A stretch of DNA of 64,000 nt. Origin: Podarcis pityusensis. Its lineage: Eukaryota. Each line of letters starts with the position of its first letter. The first letter of the stretch is position 1. Below, piece after piece: positions 36,033-49,352 of the stretch. The position numbers and the translations under genes are program-made. The stretch lies in NCBI GenBank assembly GCA_964106645.2, contig OZ067042.1; one strand, given 5' to 3'. The notes under the pieces are model-generated. The model worked only from the letters and a program-made list of their open reading frames with translations, was not told the DNA's origin and did no database searches.

Positions 36033-37059
36033 AGCTTCTTTTAACACTCCCTGACTGCCTGAATTGCTGCTTGCTGGCCCCCTCAAAAAAAGTTCTTCTC
36101 CAAGTTCTTCCCAAATGCATGGTGGAGCACCATATGAAATTGAACCACCTCACAGGTTAAAAGCACTGCGAGGCAGTGAGCAAGACTTGCCCCCTCGTCA
36201 GCCATGTATTCAGCTCTGAAAAGGGTCCCACACACTTCCTGATGTATGCATGCAGAGGCCTCCATGCTAGGGGGAATCCTGATCAGAACTACTTTTTGCA
36301 CAAAGAAGCTCTGATGGTATGCATATAGGGACCCTGCAGCTGGGGTGGGGTGGAGTGCCTGGGGGGTGCATTGGTAGGAGAGTGGCTAATCCATGTGGCC
36401 CTGCAACCCCTTCACAGTAATGCGCTTTTAATGTGTGAGAACCCGTGCAGCTGTTTAGGGTTCTATGAGTTCTAAAATGGAACCTCAGCCAGTCATCTCT
36501 CCAGATGCTCTGAGGTAATTCTAATCTGCTTTATTGTTTTAAGTTTTGTGTGTTTTTAAAGCGTGGTTGTGGTTTCTTCCTTGCTTTTCCTTGTTTTATC
36601 TTTTGTAAACCGCTTTGAGGTTTGTTTGTTTTTTTTAATTGAAACAAAAACTATTACATTTTCAAAATTAACAAAGAAAGAATAAAAAGAATAATTTGAT
36701 CTTCAACGACATATTCTAGGATAAAAATAGGTGTTACAAAATACACGGTAAAAGTATTTAAACATCTAAGATAAACAGAACAACATTGAAAAAGAAAAGG
36801 AAAAGAAAAAAACCAAAGCAAAACAACAAAAACTAGAAAAAAAACTTTTCTTAAACAAACATTTTTTAGGAAGTTCAAACCAATACTTAAATATTCTGTG
36901 CGCAAAGTCCTTCATACCGGTTTGAGTCCCTTATAATTTTGTTGACTTGTGCCTATCTCTTCGCAGTTTCAACTCAACTATTACAGTTAAATAATCTGTG
37001 CTTTGCTGTTTATCTAAAATTCTTTTCCTTTTCTGTGTAATTAATCAAAACAGGTTCAT

Positions 37060-37290
37060 TCCTGCTTTGAGGTTTTTGACAATTCAGCGTTATATAAATT
37101 TTGAGGAACAAACGAATGAATGAATGAATAATCTGGCTGCCGCATTTTGGACAAATTGAAGTTTCTAAGGTGTCTTCAAAGACAGCCCCATATAAAGTAC
37201 ATTGCAATAATCCAGTCTGGCAGTTACCAGAGCATGGAGTACAGTGGCCAAGTCTTCTCTGTCCAAAAGGGGCCATTGCTGGAGACAGGA
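37060..37290 (-). mobile_element. Degraded L2-like LINE fragment
   Basis: ACATTGCAATAATCCAGTCTGGCAGTTACCAGAGCATGG is the antisense of the L2 'HALVTSRLDYCN' region. Related relics at about 12610-12800, 49920-50070 and 57960-58450. Confidence 0.55.
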
Positions 37291-38052
37291 TTAATATGGT
37301 TTTAAATATATGTATCATTATATCACATTTGTCTACCCATTTAAAACCTCATGTGATTCTGTTTTATATAACTAGTTAAAATAACCAAGCTTTGTGAGTG
37401 TGCTATATCGGAAAAGGAATGTACTAGAATGCATTAGGCTGCCATGTGGCGTAATTTAAACAAGGTGGAATATATAGTTCTCTCCCTCCTCATTTAATCC
37501 CCACAACAACCCTGTGAGGTAGGTTGAGCTGAGAGATAGTGACTGGCCCAAGATCACCCAGTGAGTTTCATGGCTGAGCAGGTGTTTGAACCCTGGTCTC
37601 TCAGCTCCTAGTCCAACACTCCAACCACTATACCACATTATATTACACATTACATGCTTTTTATGACATGCACAAGATGGCAGTTTATTTCATCTATTAT
37701 AACTTACATGATTGTAAAAACCTGTATTGAAAGGATCTCAAGAATCAACCACGGTTCATAATGGTGCTACAATATATAGACATATTTAAGTTGAGTTATG
37801 TTTCATGTCTCTGAGGTTTTTTGTATCTATGGATTGGGGTAAGAATTTGGGACAGACAAGTTCTAATTTTGCACTTGCTTTTCCCATTCTGGATTATGTA
37901 AGACCAAAACACTTGTTTAGAAATGACATGCAGTAAAAACAGTCTCATCACGCGCAAGAACATATTTTACAATGCTAGATCATTGCCTATGACATCTTTT
38001 AACATGATGAGCCACACAGACTGTGTACATCTTTCATATATTTACCTAACAG

Positions 38053-38187
38053 GACTTCAGAAATAGAGATTGGCATAGGTGACCCTGAGAAAATGACGGT
38101 TGTGAAGAAGATGTTTAAATGCAAGCCTGCAGAAGTGATGACCATCAGAACAGAAAATAGGGTTTTCTATCTTATTGGATCAGACAG
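38053..38187 (+). CDS. PLEKHS1: PLEKHS1 exon, PH domain
   Basis: TSEIEIGIGDPEKMTVVKKMFKCKPAEVMTIRTENRVFYLIGSD; 135 nt. Confidence 0.93.
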
Positions 38188-40466
38188 GTATGTTCACCAT
38201 TCTTTACAGATATGTATGTATAGCTTTCATACCTGCTAGTATGAAGGCAATGAATTAAAAAAATTTAAAATACCGGTACAGGATCCTCAAATTGGTCAGA
38301 GCACATCCTCAAAGAAATTATCACACAAGCCATCATATATATTACACAAAAAAGGATTCCCCTTACAACGTTTACAAAGCTCGTGAAATACATTTGAACA
38401 GCAAGATGAGTGGAGGTGAAGGAAATTTAAGGAGCCACCATAGCTTAATAAATCAAGAATGGTTTCCCTACTGTGATTCCTTTCTTGCCCAGTTAAGCCA
38501 CTTATTATAGTGTGTTTCCCTTCTGAAAAACCCTTGCTTTAGAGGCTGTTCCGGAAGTAGAAGAAGAGCTGTGCTACAAGGTAAATTATGAGGGAATCTT
38601 TATTTGAGAAGAATCAGCCACAGAATAATCTCTTTTGGCATTACACATGCGGCAGGGATTTTCCCAGAGTCAGCATACCTAGAACTTATGAGAGAAATCA
38701 GTGCTGCTTGGAAAGAGATAATGCAAATCCTGTTAGGTACCTTTTTACCTTATACTCTCCTCCCCTTATTCTGCATATTCAATACCCAGCAGAGACTTTG
38801 GCACTGAAACAAAACCAGTCTGACCTCAAAGAAAACAAATACCCTTTGTTTGTTTTCGGTAACTTAGAATGGAGTGCCAGTTTCCTTAAAGGCTACTTTG
38901 AAAGATTCTAACCACTCCTGCAAGGCAGTGGGTACAGAATTTTCCTCAGGGTTTACTCCTGAAGGCCTTCCCACGAATGAGTTTAGCTGCAAGGCAGCAG
39001 AGGTTTAGGATCAGAGTTTTCCTTCTCCTAGATGGGCTACCTTCCCAGGTTGATGAGCCCCATCTTCCTCTCATTTCCCTCTATAGCCTACAGCCACACA
39101 TTAACAGCAACTAATGGAAAAGGTGGTGGTTGATAGAAACATTGTTTTTTATATAGATATCACAGTCACCATCAGACAGGGGAATCTCATCCTCACAATA
39201 AAGGTGGGGCAGAACCTGTGGGGTCCCCAGTGGGTGTATTGAAATGCCACCCTGCAAGAGACTGGTCTGGCTATCTCTGCACTTGCCTTCCAGCATGCCT
39301 TCTATATGAGCTTGGAACCCAAGTCAACAACATCATCCTGACAGTGTAGGAAGCTGCAGCCTTAGTGTGAAATGCCAAGGTTGCTAAGCAAACCATAATT
39401 GTCTTGGTTAGAAGATCTAATCCTTTTCAATGTGTGCAGTCACCCTGCTCCCATTCACATAGTATGCTCAGGCCAATGCATGGATATGCCTTTATGTCTG
39501 GGTTAAAACACTGATTAAAATGCTTTTGTTCAGCTAAAAGGATGCCCAAATAAAGCAGATAATGGATTTTTTTTTACTGTTCTTTATCAAAGTAGTGCAT
39601 CTAAAAGCTGCAGATGTACATTACATGCAGGTCCCACTATCTAAACAGAATGCATTTGCAGGAATTTGTTTCATAAGCATAACAAGTTGACCATTTCCAA
39701 TGATCTCTTTGGGGAAATGTGTTCCTGACCACAGAATATGACAAAATGTCAAAAATACCTGGGAAAGCCCTCTGAAACCTTGCAAAGGCAAATAAGGAAA
39801 GAAAAAATTGCTCTTATTTGTCTGATCTCTCCCCCTTCCTCCTCACTTCCTCCCACCATGGTTTCTGGTGAAACGGCTGCCGTGGACCAGCAAAACACAA
39901 AAAGTAAGGCTTCTTTAAGGCTGCTTATTTGTTTTCAGTGCTACACTCAGGTCCAGCTCTATGGATCTGTGGTGTGTATAATTTGCACACTAATTCCTCA
40001 TTTTTGGATAAGTGATTTTTTTTTTATAACAAGTGTTTGGAATAGCGGGACCTGTGTATATTTAAAATAAACTAGGGTTTTGCTTCAGTGCTATTGCTTT
40101 GACTCCTAAATTTATGCAGATTTGATAAATTAATTTACTTAGTTTGCAGTCCTAACCATGCCTAATCAGAAGTATGTCCCATTTGGGTGGCTATAGAGAA
40201 TGAGAGTTGAGATTCTTTTAAGATTTGAAATCTTCTACAGCCATGGAATAAAGGCATCCCTGGTTATATGGTGAAGGATTACCGGTGAGAATCTTGAAAT
40301 AATGGGTGATTAACTTTGGCCTTCCATATCTTGCCAAACCACAAGCCCCACCACTTCTGACTATTGGCCAACTGCTGGAGTCCAAGAATGCTTTAGATGT
40401 TTTCTGGATATACCCAGGGTAGTATTCAACTCTGAGTAAAACTTACTTGAATATCACTCAGCAATA

Positions 40467-40708
40467 CAGTGGTACCTCGGGTTACATACGCTTCAGGTTA
40501 CAGACGCTTCAGGTTACAGACTCCGCTAACCCAGAAACAGTGCTTCAGGTTAAGAACTTTGCTTTAGGATGAGAACAGAAATCGTGCTCTAGTGGCGCGG
40601 CGACAGCAGGAGGCCCCATTAGCTAAAGTGGTGCTTCAGGTTAAGAAGAGTTTCAGGTTAAGAACGGACCTCCGGAGCGAATTAAGTACTTAACCCGAGG
40701 TACCACTG
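40467..40708 (+). mobile_element. Tc1/mariner (Tigger-like) MITE
   Basis: TA-CAGTGGTACCTCGGGTTA ... TAACCCGAGGTACCACTG-TA; internal repeats of CTTCAGGTTA. Confidence 0.9.
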
Positions 40709-41233
40709 TATTGCTCATGCCAGGGATTATGGAACCTTAAGCCCAAGGCTCAAATATGGCCCTTGAGGCCTCCAAATCTTTCTCCCAGAAGTCTCCCCAA
40801 GCCATGCTCCTTCACTAGCCCTGCTTCATACCTTCCTCATCCTAGTTTTTCCTGTCCTTGAACTGTCTTGCCTGCCTGGCTGAAGGGATGTAGAGCGTAG
40901 GGTGTAAAGACCTCTGACTTTTGCATAGGTGGGATGTAGCCTACCTGACAAAGTTAAAAGTCTGATTTGTTGCCACTTTTGACTCTGGTCACAACCATCA
41001 CAGGCCTGTGACTCCCATCCTTGATGTTTTCCCATGAGGCAATGCAGCCCTTGGGCTGAAAAAGTTTCTCTGCCCCTTGGCATATAGGGAGGAGGCCCTT
41101 GAGCACCTTGAAGATGCTGCTCAAGGATTTGGTTCTTCTTAAAAGTAAAAAAAAAAAATTCAGAGGAATACAATCTCATTCCTAATATTTTGTTTCTTTA
41201 TCTGTCTCCTTAAAATGTAATTTCACTCTCTAG

Positions 41234-41288
41234 CAAGGACGTTGAGGACTGGGCCACCTTTCTGTTTTCAACCAGCAGAGAAACAAAG
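41234..41288 (+). CDS. PLEKHS1: PLEKHS1 exon, PH C-terminal helix
   Basis: KDVEDWATFLFSTSRETK with the conserved PH Trp; TAG/GTCAGT. Confidence 0.85.
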
Positions 41289-41917
41289 GTCAGTGGTTGC
41301 AATGCTGTTTTAATTATCGAACATCAGCCATTGACATTTTTTTAAAAATAAAAATAATAACAAATGTCTTCATCATTTGTTCTACTAGTGCTCGGTTTTC
41401 CTTTCTAAACTGTAACTTACAACTGGAGTCTGTCAGTTTCAGTTCTCTCAAGTTTCTAATTTTTCCAGTCTTAAATTCAGTTCTCCATGTTTTGTAGCAA
41501 TTGACACATTTTTAAAAATCCTCATGGAAATTTACCAGCATTTTAGTGTAAATTTCTCCCAATAAGCACATTTTATATGCACTTTTGAGAAATGTACACA
41601 TTTGCATTTTTTCAACCAATTTCCCCTAATACAATGCATATTCATTTGTTATTTTCACCAATCTATTCATTTTTTCTTGCATGCTTTCCTCTAGTATATG
41701 CATTTTTGTAAGCCTTGTTTGGTTGGAGAGCTAAATAGCAATATTCATGTAAATGTCAATTTCAAAAAATAGGTAAGCTTTGGTTTCATAATGTTTTGTG
41801 AAGTGTGGAATTTGATTGACTCAGCTTCAGACAAGATCTGAATTGAATTTCTCCCCCATCCCTACTTACAAACTAAGGGAAGTTTTAGGAATGAATTTGT
41901 ATCTTATCTCTAAACAG

Positions 41918-41974
41918 GGAGCAGGAGAGAGCTACAGATACAGTTACTGTGATACCAAGGAAAGACAGCATAAT
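41918..41974 (+). CDS. PLEKHS1: PLEKHS1 candidate 57-nt exon
   Basis: GAGESYRYSYCDTKERQHN; CAG/GTAGGT; phase 0/0; no homology recognised. Confidence 0.5.
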
Positions 41975-42991
41975 GTAGGTGCTTGCTATCTAGGCTGCAT
42001 TCTTGTGCTATTGGAGTGCATTGCAGTGCCATTTAAATTAATTTATCTATTAAAAATGTAAATTAAGCACCATTCTTCTCCACATATATTAACTTTATTT
42101 TTCAACTACATATATTCTGTGAACAAAAGTGTTTTGTTAGGCTTTTATGAATCTCCTGGAAATGAATAACTAGGTAATTATAAAATGAGACAGATTACAT
42201 AAAACAGGTCATTAGATGATCCTTTGCTAGGCCACTTTTTGGTGTTAGTTGGTTAATTGTCATCTTACACTGAAGTAGCATTGGAATGGGGATGATGGGA
42301 GTTGTTGTCTGGCAACATCTGGAAAACCACAGGTACCTCACTCCCAGATCTATCAGAACTCAGTTTACACAGATCCAAATTTTTCACTAGCAAAGGCTTG
42401 ATTAATAGATGCTGTTTGGATCTACAGGCTAAATTCCAGGACAAAACCTCAGTCGCCATTTTTTCAAACAGTTCCTGTAGAGTTATTATCAATTGCCCTC
42501 CTAAACAGCAGCCAAAATTCCTGGAGATAACAAAAGACTCTCTCCCCCCCCCCTCCCTCTGTGTCTGCCAGTGTTCTGGAACTGAACTTGCTGCATTCGG
42601 GAACAAACTAGACTTTTCATAGCATGCAGCTTCAGAGGCAATTTTTCAGGCATGGGGACAAGCGCTTATTGGGAAGCAGGTGCATACAGAGATGGAAGGC
42701 TTATCACTAGCTTAGATAGCTCAGTTGGTTAGAGTGTGGTGCTGATAACGCCAAGGTTGCAGGTTTGATCCCTGTATGGGACAGCTGCATATTCCTGCAT
42801 TGCAGTCTAACTCTGCAGTTCTATTCTTCACTACCTCAGCTTCAGCTAGGAGCCTTGAGGGGGAGAAGTTTCCATAGGTTGTGGGGTGATCTTTATTCAC
42901 ATCGTGGTGGGCATGGAAGAGATAAACTTTTATATTATTACAAAGGTTTTAACTATGTGAAATTACTCTGTTGCTTCATTTCTTGACCCAG

Positions 42992-43093
42992 AAACCAGAA
43001 ATGAGAAGTCGGTCAAAATCTTCACCAGCTTGTCTTGATGAAGTAGCTGCTGACATCATCAAGAAGGAACCGTGTCCTGACAATGAATATGAG
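42992..43093 (+). CDS. PLEKHS1: PLEKHS1 linker exon
   Basis: KPEMRSRSKSSPACLDEVAADIIKKEPCPDNEYE; phase 0/0. Confidence 0.7.
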
Positions 43094-43425
43094 GTGGTTG
43101 TTATATACTGTTTTTTTCATTTTAAGGGTGCTTCCAGGCTGTCAGTATTTCATGGGAAGGATTTCAAGGCATACCAGAAAACTTAGGTTTGCGCAATTAA
43201 AGTGCTCTGTTCCCCGGTGCCACAAATCCATCTTAAAAAAGAAACAGTTTTTTTGGCACTAATTGGAAAATGCATTGAAAATTGAGGGATGAATGAATGG
43301 GAATGCATGTAAACACCATTCAAATAAGTCACGATGAATCCAGGATAGGTACTCATTGTCATATAACTTCCCCACAAACAAATCAGAATAAATGCACAAT
43401 AAAGACTAGATATAGCCTAATTCCA

Positions 43426-43787
43426 GGGACGCGGGTGGCGCTGTGGGTAAAACCTCAGCGCCTAGGACTTGCCGATCGCATGGTCGGCGGTTCGAATCCC
43501 CGCGGCGGGGTGAGCTCCCGTCATTCGGTCCCAGCTCCTGCCCACCTAGCAGTTCGAAAGCACCCCTAAGTACAAGTAGATAAATAGGTACCGCTTTATA
43601 GCGGGAAGGTAAACGGCGTTTCCGTGTGCTGTGCTGGTGCATGCTCGCCAGAGCAGCTTCGTCACGCTGGCCACGTGACCCGGAAGTGTCTCCGGACAGC
43701 GCTGGCCCCCGGCCTCTTAAGCGAGATGGGCGCGCAACCCCAGAGTCGGTCACGACTGGCCCGTACGGGCAGGGGTACCTTTACCTT
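43426..43787 (+). mobile_element. Sauria SINE, full length, young
   Basis: GGGACGCGGGTGGCGCTG start and ACCTTT tail; TSD TATAGCCTAAT (43411-43421 and 43788-43798). Confidence 0.93.
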
Positions 43788-44064
43788 TATAGCCTAATCA
43801 TTGGGTAAGCTTTGTGAAAGAAAATCAGGATGAATGTGCAATAAATAAACTTGTCTGGGCGAGTGCTAAAAATAAAATAAAAATATTATTCCTTTTCTTT
43901 TCCACACCCATAACAATTTTAAAGTAGAACTACAACTCAAGTACCTGATTTTGCTTAAATGTGTTCTATCAGCAGAAAGAACAGGGCTAATTTCTAGTTT
44001 TAATGAATCACCCTGAAATAAAACTATGCTTTCTTTTATTCTGTTTTGATTTGTTGCGCTGCAG

Positions 44065-44169
44065 GATATAGGAACATCCATCTCCAAGAAGAGGCCCTAT
44101 TCAGAGCCTATTACTCAAGAATCCTCCCAAGAAGCCCCTGTTTATGAGTCACTGACAGTACTGCAACTA
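44065..44169 (+). CDS. PLEKHS1: PLEKHS1 linker exon (105 nt)
   Basis: DIGTSISKKRPYSEPITQESSQEAPVYESLTVLQL; CAG/GTGAGT; phase 0/0. Confidence 0.72.
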
Positions 44170-44320
44170 GTGAGTGTTGAAAGTGGGACTGGAAGAACTG
44201 TATGGATAATTTGAAGCAGCTACTGCATCACTTCCATGCATCGTGTAGTGGAGAAAGTTGCATGAGGCATTGCTCAGTTATTTTAAAAAATAAAATAAAA
44301 TAAGGGTTTGCAAGTGATTA

Positions 44321-44685
44321 AAGGTAAAGGTAAAGGTACCCCTGACCGTTATGTCCAGTCGCGGACGACTCTGGGGTTGCGCGCTCATCTCGCTCCATAG
44401 GCCAAGGGAGCTGGTGTTTGTCCGCAGACAGCTTCCAGGTCATGTGGCCAGCATGACTAAGCCTCTTCTGGTGAACCAGAGCAGCACACGGAAACACTGT
44501 TTACTTTCCCGCCGGAGCGGTACCTATTTATCTACTTGCACTTTGATGTGCTTTTGAACTGCTAGGTGGGCAGGAGCAGAGACCGAGCAATGGGAGCTCA
44601 TCCCGTCGTGGGGATTCGAACCGCCGACCTTCCGATCGGCAAGCCCTAGGCTCTGTAGTTTAGACCACAGCGCCACCCGCGTCCC
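44321..44685 (-). mobile_element. Sauria SINE, full length
   Basis: (AAAGGT)n at the left end and GCGTCCC at the right; TSD TGC(A/T)AGTGATTA. Confidence 0.92.
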
Positions 44686-45277
44686 TGCTAGTGATTATTT
44701 GCTACTTTTTATTTCTTCATTTTCTGATCCTTCCTTTTCACACCCACTTGCCTCTCCTTATCCCTGGCTTCCACACAGTCGCCCATAATGCTTCCATTGC
44801 AGAAACGTGCTTAGAAACTTATATCCATGGGCACGATAATATGATTATAATTACCTATAATTATTATATTTATTTATAGCCCGTGTTTTTCCCAGACCAG
44901 GACTCAAGGTGGCTTGCACAAATTGAAAAAAACAGAGATAAAATACAGAAAGCCAAAAACATATAAAATATAATAATTTAAAAGTAATTAAATTATAATA
45001 GAATTGAAACAATTTAGAAACAAATCTGTCATAGGTCAGCGGGTTTGAGTACATTCATACCAGCTGTTCTCCATGTTGTTATGGCACATCTCAACCTGAT
45101 TACATTCCTCATAAGTGTTTCACTTCTGATTTTCTTGTGGGGCAGCAGGTCTTCCTCATTGCTGGTTTCATTTGCCAAAAAAGAGCAAGTGTTTGCATAT
45201 TATCCATTTTGACCTTTCTCAGAGCATGATGAGCAAAGAATAATGACACTGTAAATATGTCTGTACTTTTGTTTCAG

Positions 45278-45361
45278 CGACACCTGACAAATCATCAAGA
45301 GTCAGAGGAAAAATCCGAAATGGAGGACTACTATGCTTGTCCAACAAATATTCTAGCTACG
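45278..45361 (+). CDS. PLEKHS1: PLEKHS1 exon
   Basis: RHLTNHQESEEKSEMEDYYACPTNILAT, similar to the mammalian EENHYLTPRSVL region. Confidence 0.8.
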
Positions 45362-46166
45362 GTAACGTATATATCATTATTTGCTCTGTTCTAAATAATG
45401 AAGTAATGCTTATATCTCTTTTTAATGTGCAGAATCCTTTATCTTGTGTGCAGATTTGTTCCATGCCAGTTTAGTCTCGTAGCACTGTATAAAGCTTGCG
45501 TCATACTGAGTCAGAACATTAGTCCACAGAGCCCAGTATTATAAATTCTGACTAACAGCAACTTCCAAGGGTCTTATTCAGAGGTCTTTCCCAGCCCTTG
45601 CATCTGAAACAATTTGTTACTAGAGCTGGATATTAATTATCATTATCATTATATGATGATGATGTATACCCCCGTCCATCTGTCTAGGTTTCCTGGTTTA
45701 CAGGAATTTACATTTCAAGGTGTTTGAACTAGAAGACCCTTAGGTCCCTGCCAACTCCAGAATTCTGTGATTCTACACCTGGGAACTTTGGTATGCAAAA
45801 TGTGCTTTACAGCAGTGGCTCTCACCTGTGGTAGAGATTTACCCAAAGCTTCCAGCTGTTTCATGACTGTTTAGGGTCTTCTGCCTCTAAATCAACCCTC
45901 TTCCCCCTCTAAGATTTGCAGTTGTTCCAGTACTCAGAATTTCTTCAGAAATTAAACGATTGTAGTTTGCTGAAACCAAGTCTTTCATGAAGCAGTAAGA
46001 GTTATCTTATTTTGCTTTAGTGGCATATCAGTTTTATCCAGACAGACTAGACCATATGTATTAGTGGGTTCAATAACAGTACTGAGAGCACCGCTTTTAA
46101 CAAAGTTGAGTTTTTATTTCCTTTGGATACGTTAATATACTTTGCATATGCTTTTTACTTTCATAG

Positions 46167-46267
46167 CTGAATGATATGCAGGATAAATTCAGCACCACAG
46201 AAGAGACTACTAACCCAGATAAGGAAAAGGTTGGTGAACCTGAAGAATACATGCCCATGGGATGCAT
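46167..46267 (+). CDS. PLEKHS1: PLEKHS1 exon with YxxM motif
   Basis: LNDMQDKFSTTEETTNPDKEKVGEPEEYMPMGC; TAG/GTGAGT; phase 0/2. Confidence 0.85.
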
Positions 46268-48350
46268 GTGAGTATTCAAGCATGGTGCATTTTGCTCCTA
46301 AATTTATCTGAAGCAATAGTTCGTGGATTTCTTTTGCAAAGCTTTTGCTAGATCAGGATTCCAAATCCCATCAACTCCAGCCAGCATGGCCATTGGTCTG
46401 GAGTGATTGGAGTTGTAGTGCAGAAACACATGGAGGGGAACAGGTTCCCCATCTCTGTGCTAGACCATCATTGCTTCATCTTTACTGCACCTGGGGGAGA
46501 ACATTTTAGTCTACTGTGGCACTCTGTTTCTTTCTCACAACAAAGTGATGTCTACCTTTAGGTGTTAAATTAACATAGCCAGAAAGATAGTATTATTACC
46601 AGTAACTGCTGGTGCAAATTGATCACTCTTGTAATCTTGAATAGATTCCTTCCTTCCTTCCTCTCCTCAGAAGGAGCTGATCCTGTAGAAGCTACTTTGT
46701 CTTAACCAGTCTGTGCCAATTTCCAAGCCCATCAGCCCTGGCAAGGCAGTAATGTACATGCCAACAGCAATCACATAATTCCCCCTGAATCAGCTTTTGG
46801 CATGTTACTGTAGCTGCTCAAAGATGGCCAGGACTTCTGGTGCCTCGAAGCCCTGGAAAAGGCCATAGTACAGAAGCTGGATAAACACAAAATATATTAA
46901 AATCCTCCAAGACATTGGCTGGGTACACTCACGGCTCATTGCCAGTAAGTAAACCACCACACAGATATTTTTTTTTAGTTGAACCAGTAGCCTGAATTCA
47001 TTGTATGGATTCTGTTGCCATTCAAATTCAGCGAGGATTCAAATAATTGTTAAGGTTTTGCTCCAGGTGTTATTTTTGTGGGGAGGTAACACTATAGTCT
47101 AGCTTTCAGTTTCATGTTTGGTTTAGCACCCGAACTGCTAGACAGTCATTGTACCATTTTTCATGGATCATTCCTAGGATCCTCTAAGAAACCCAACTCA
47201 TGTAGACTCAAAAGCATGCTATAGAGCTGTTTTAAAGTCCATTTCAGTGATTTGGGGTTGTCGTGGCAAGTACTGTCCTGGCTGAAGGCTGTGGACTAGT
47301 GTAACCTGAGTCCGCTTGTTCCATCTAGATTAGAAACCCTCAAACAATAACTATGTCCCAGAAATTGGAACAAGCTGGACGTTCCTATGGATTGTAAGCC
47401 TTTTCTGGGCAGTGGCTGAGGTCAGATTTCCCTTCCTCACAAGCAAGTCAGACTCTCAGGAACTCCGTGCAGACTGCATACCATCACTATGCTGGTGGGG
47501 TAGTACTGGGTTCATGCCTGCTGGCTCTGTCCTGATCTCCACACCTTGGTAGCATCACATGCACAGTGCCTGCACTTGTAAAAGCTGTTACTCCCCATGT
47601 CCAATCTTTACCGTGTTGTTTTTTTTTTTGCAAAATACAGGTCTCATGACAAAGGTCTGTTTCAATCATTGGGACTTCAATGGGGCTGAATAGAGTGGCA
47701 GAGAAACATCCAAAGCTCTCCCACTTGTGCTAGCCATGAAAGAGAGGTGGCTGTGAAACTGCAGTTTTTCCCTGCACCGGCTTCAGGATGGTGCAGCAGA
47801 GAGGCCTAAATCAAGTCCAGCATCAGTAGCTGGAGTGGCTTAGGATCCAGCAGATACTTGGTGGACCCTTCTCCACACCATCCTTGTCACCCCCACACAC
47901 CAAAACTCTCAGTTTGGGGGCTTTCCATTAGCTAAAACTGGCAGAGATACCTCCAACCGTAGGTCTGTTCATCCAGTTATAGCGGGGACCTCTGTGGTGG
48001 TGGAGGTCCCCTGTTGGCAGATTGCAGTGGAGCCAGGACACCATCACCACATCCTAACCCCCTCTAGAATGGCAGGTTAGGGTTTCTCTGCCCATCTGGA
48101 TCAAACCCAAAGACTGGGCATGTACAATTTGCATGTGTGTTGATTTTCTGCACAAAAACTGGCCAAAGTTTGGGGGTCTGTCAGGGCTGATCTGGCACTA
48201 CAATTGTGCTTCACTTCCCACTACCCCTCCGTTCATACACTGATTGTGCAGCTTCAGTCTGCTGCCCAGGCTAAAGTTTTTTTTTAAAAAAAAAAATTAT
48301 AGACATGGTTGATGCATTTCCTTTTAAAAGTAATATAATTTACTCATTAG

Positions 48351-48551
48351 AGTTTCAGGGGTAGCGGAGGTAAAAATTGAACCTACAAACAATGAATCGA
48401 CGACCCTTCCTGAAGGCCAGGAAGATAGCACGAATCTGCAGGTGATAGAGGACAAGCCTTTGAAACCAACACCACTACCAAGGACCTGGAAACCAGAAAA
48501 AACACCGAAGCTATCAGTTCTGTCTGTGGTTCAGTTGTCCATTATTCTCAG
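48351..48551 (+). CDS. PLEKHS1: PLEKHS1 exon
   Basis: ...TLPEGQED...KPTPLPRT...LSVLSVVQLSIIL, matching the conserved LTVVQLSIL motif. Confidence 0.85.
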
Positions 48552-49250
48552 GTGTGGATTCTCTCAGTGTTTCCTGTGGATAGTGATGGCTGGATACATG
48601 TGCATAATTTACATTTTCAATATATTAGTAATTATGTCTGTATTTCTCACAAACTCCCTGAGAGCAAAAGAAAATGCATTTCTATTTCAATGGGTTTTCC
48701 ATTGTCCTGATTTCCAAGTGATACAATCAGTCCAATAGTCAATGTCAATGCTTTGAAGTTAGTTCTTTGCTCCATTATGTGAACCAGAAAAGAATACTTA
48801 ACCTTTATCTCCCCACCATGTGAGCCTTTTGAATTCATTCAAGTGTACATTGGACTTTGTTCCATTGTTCCACGTAGTTTGCAAAGGTGCAGGGGAAATG
48901 AATGACTATGATTCTTGCTTCGACAATAATTTGATTCTGTTAAGAAATGAGCCCTTTCTTACACACTGCTTTACAGCTGTATTCTAACGCACACTTACAT
49001 CACCTTGAGTTTTGAAAGGGCAGAATATAAGTGTTTTGAAAAGCTCCCTATTTTATATAAGAAGATAAAGAAGTCAGATATAGAATGTTGTAAGACTGGT
49101 TGTGTGGGTTATCATGGAACATATTTAGACTGTTTCTAGCTCAGTACTGTCTGGCAGTGGCTCTCATTAATAGCAACAACTTGCAGTGGTACCTTTCTGG
49201 TTTATTAGCCACACATTTTGGGTTTCACAACACGCCTTTCCTCTTTTCAG

Positions 49251-49352
49251 TAAAGTCAGAGATGACTGCAAATTGGAAGAGGTGGATATTCTCCTTCCCC
49301 GGAGTGATTTCACCAACTGCCTGACACTTGTCAAAGCCGCTGGGCGTATATG
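49251..49352 (+). CDS. PLEKHS1: PLEKHS1 exon
   Basis: KVRDDCKLEEVDILLPRSDFTNCLTLVKAAGRI(C); CAG/GTAAGG. Confidence 0.9.
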
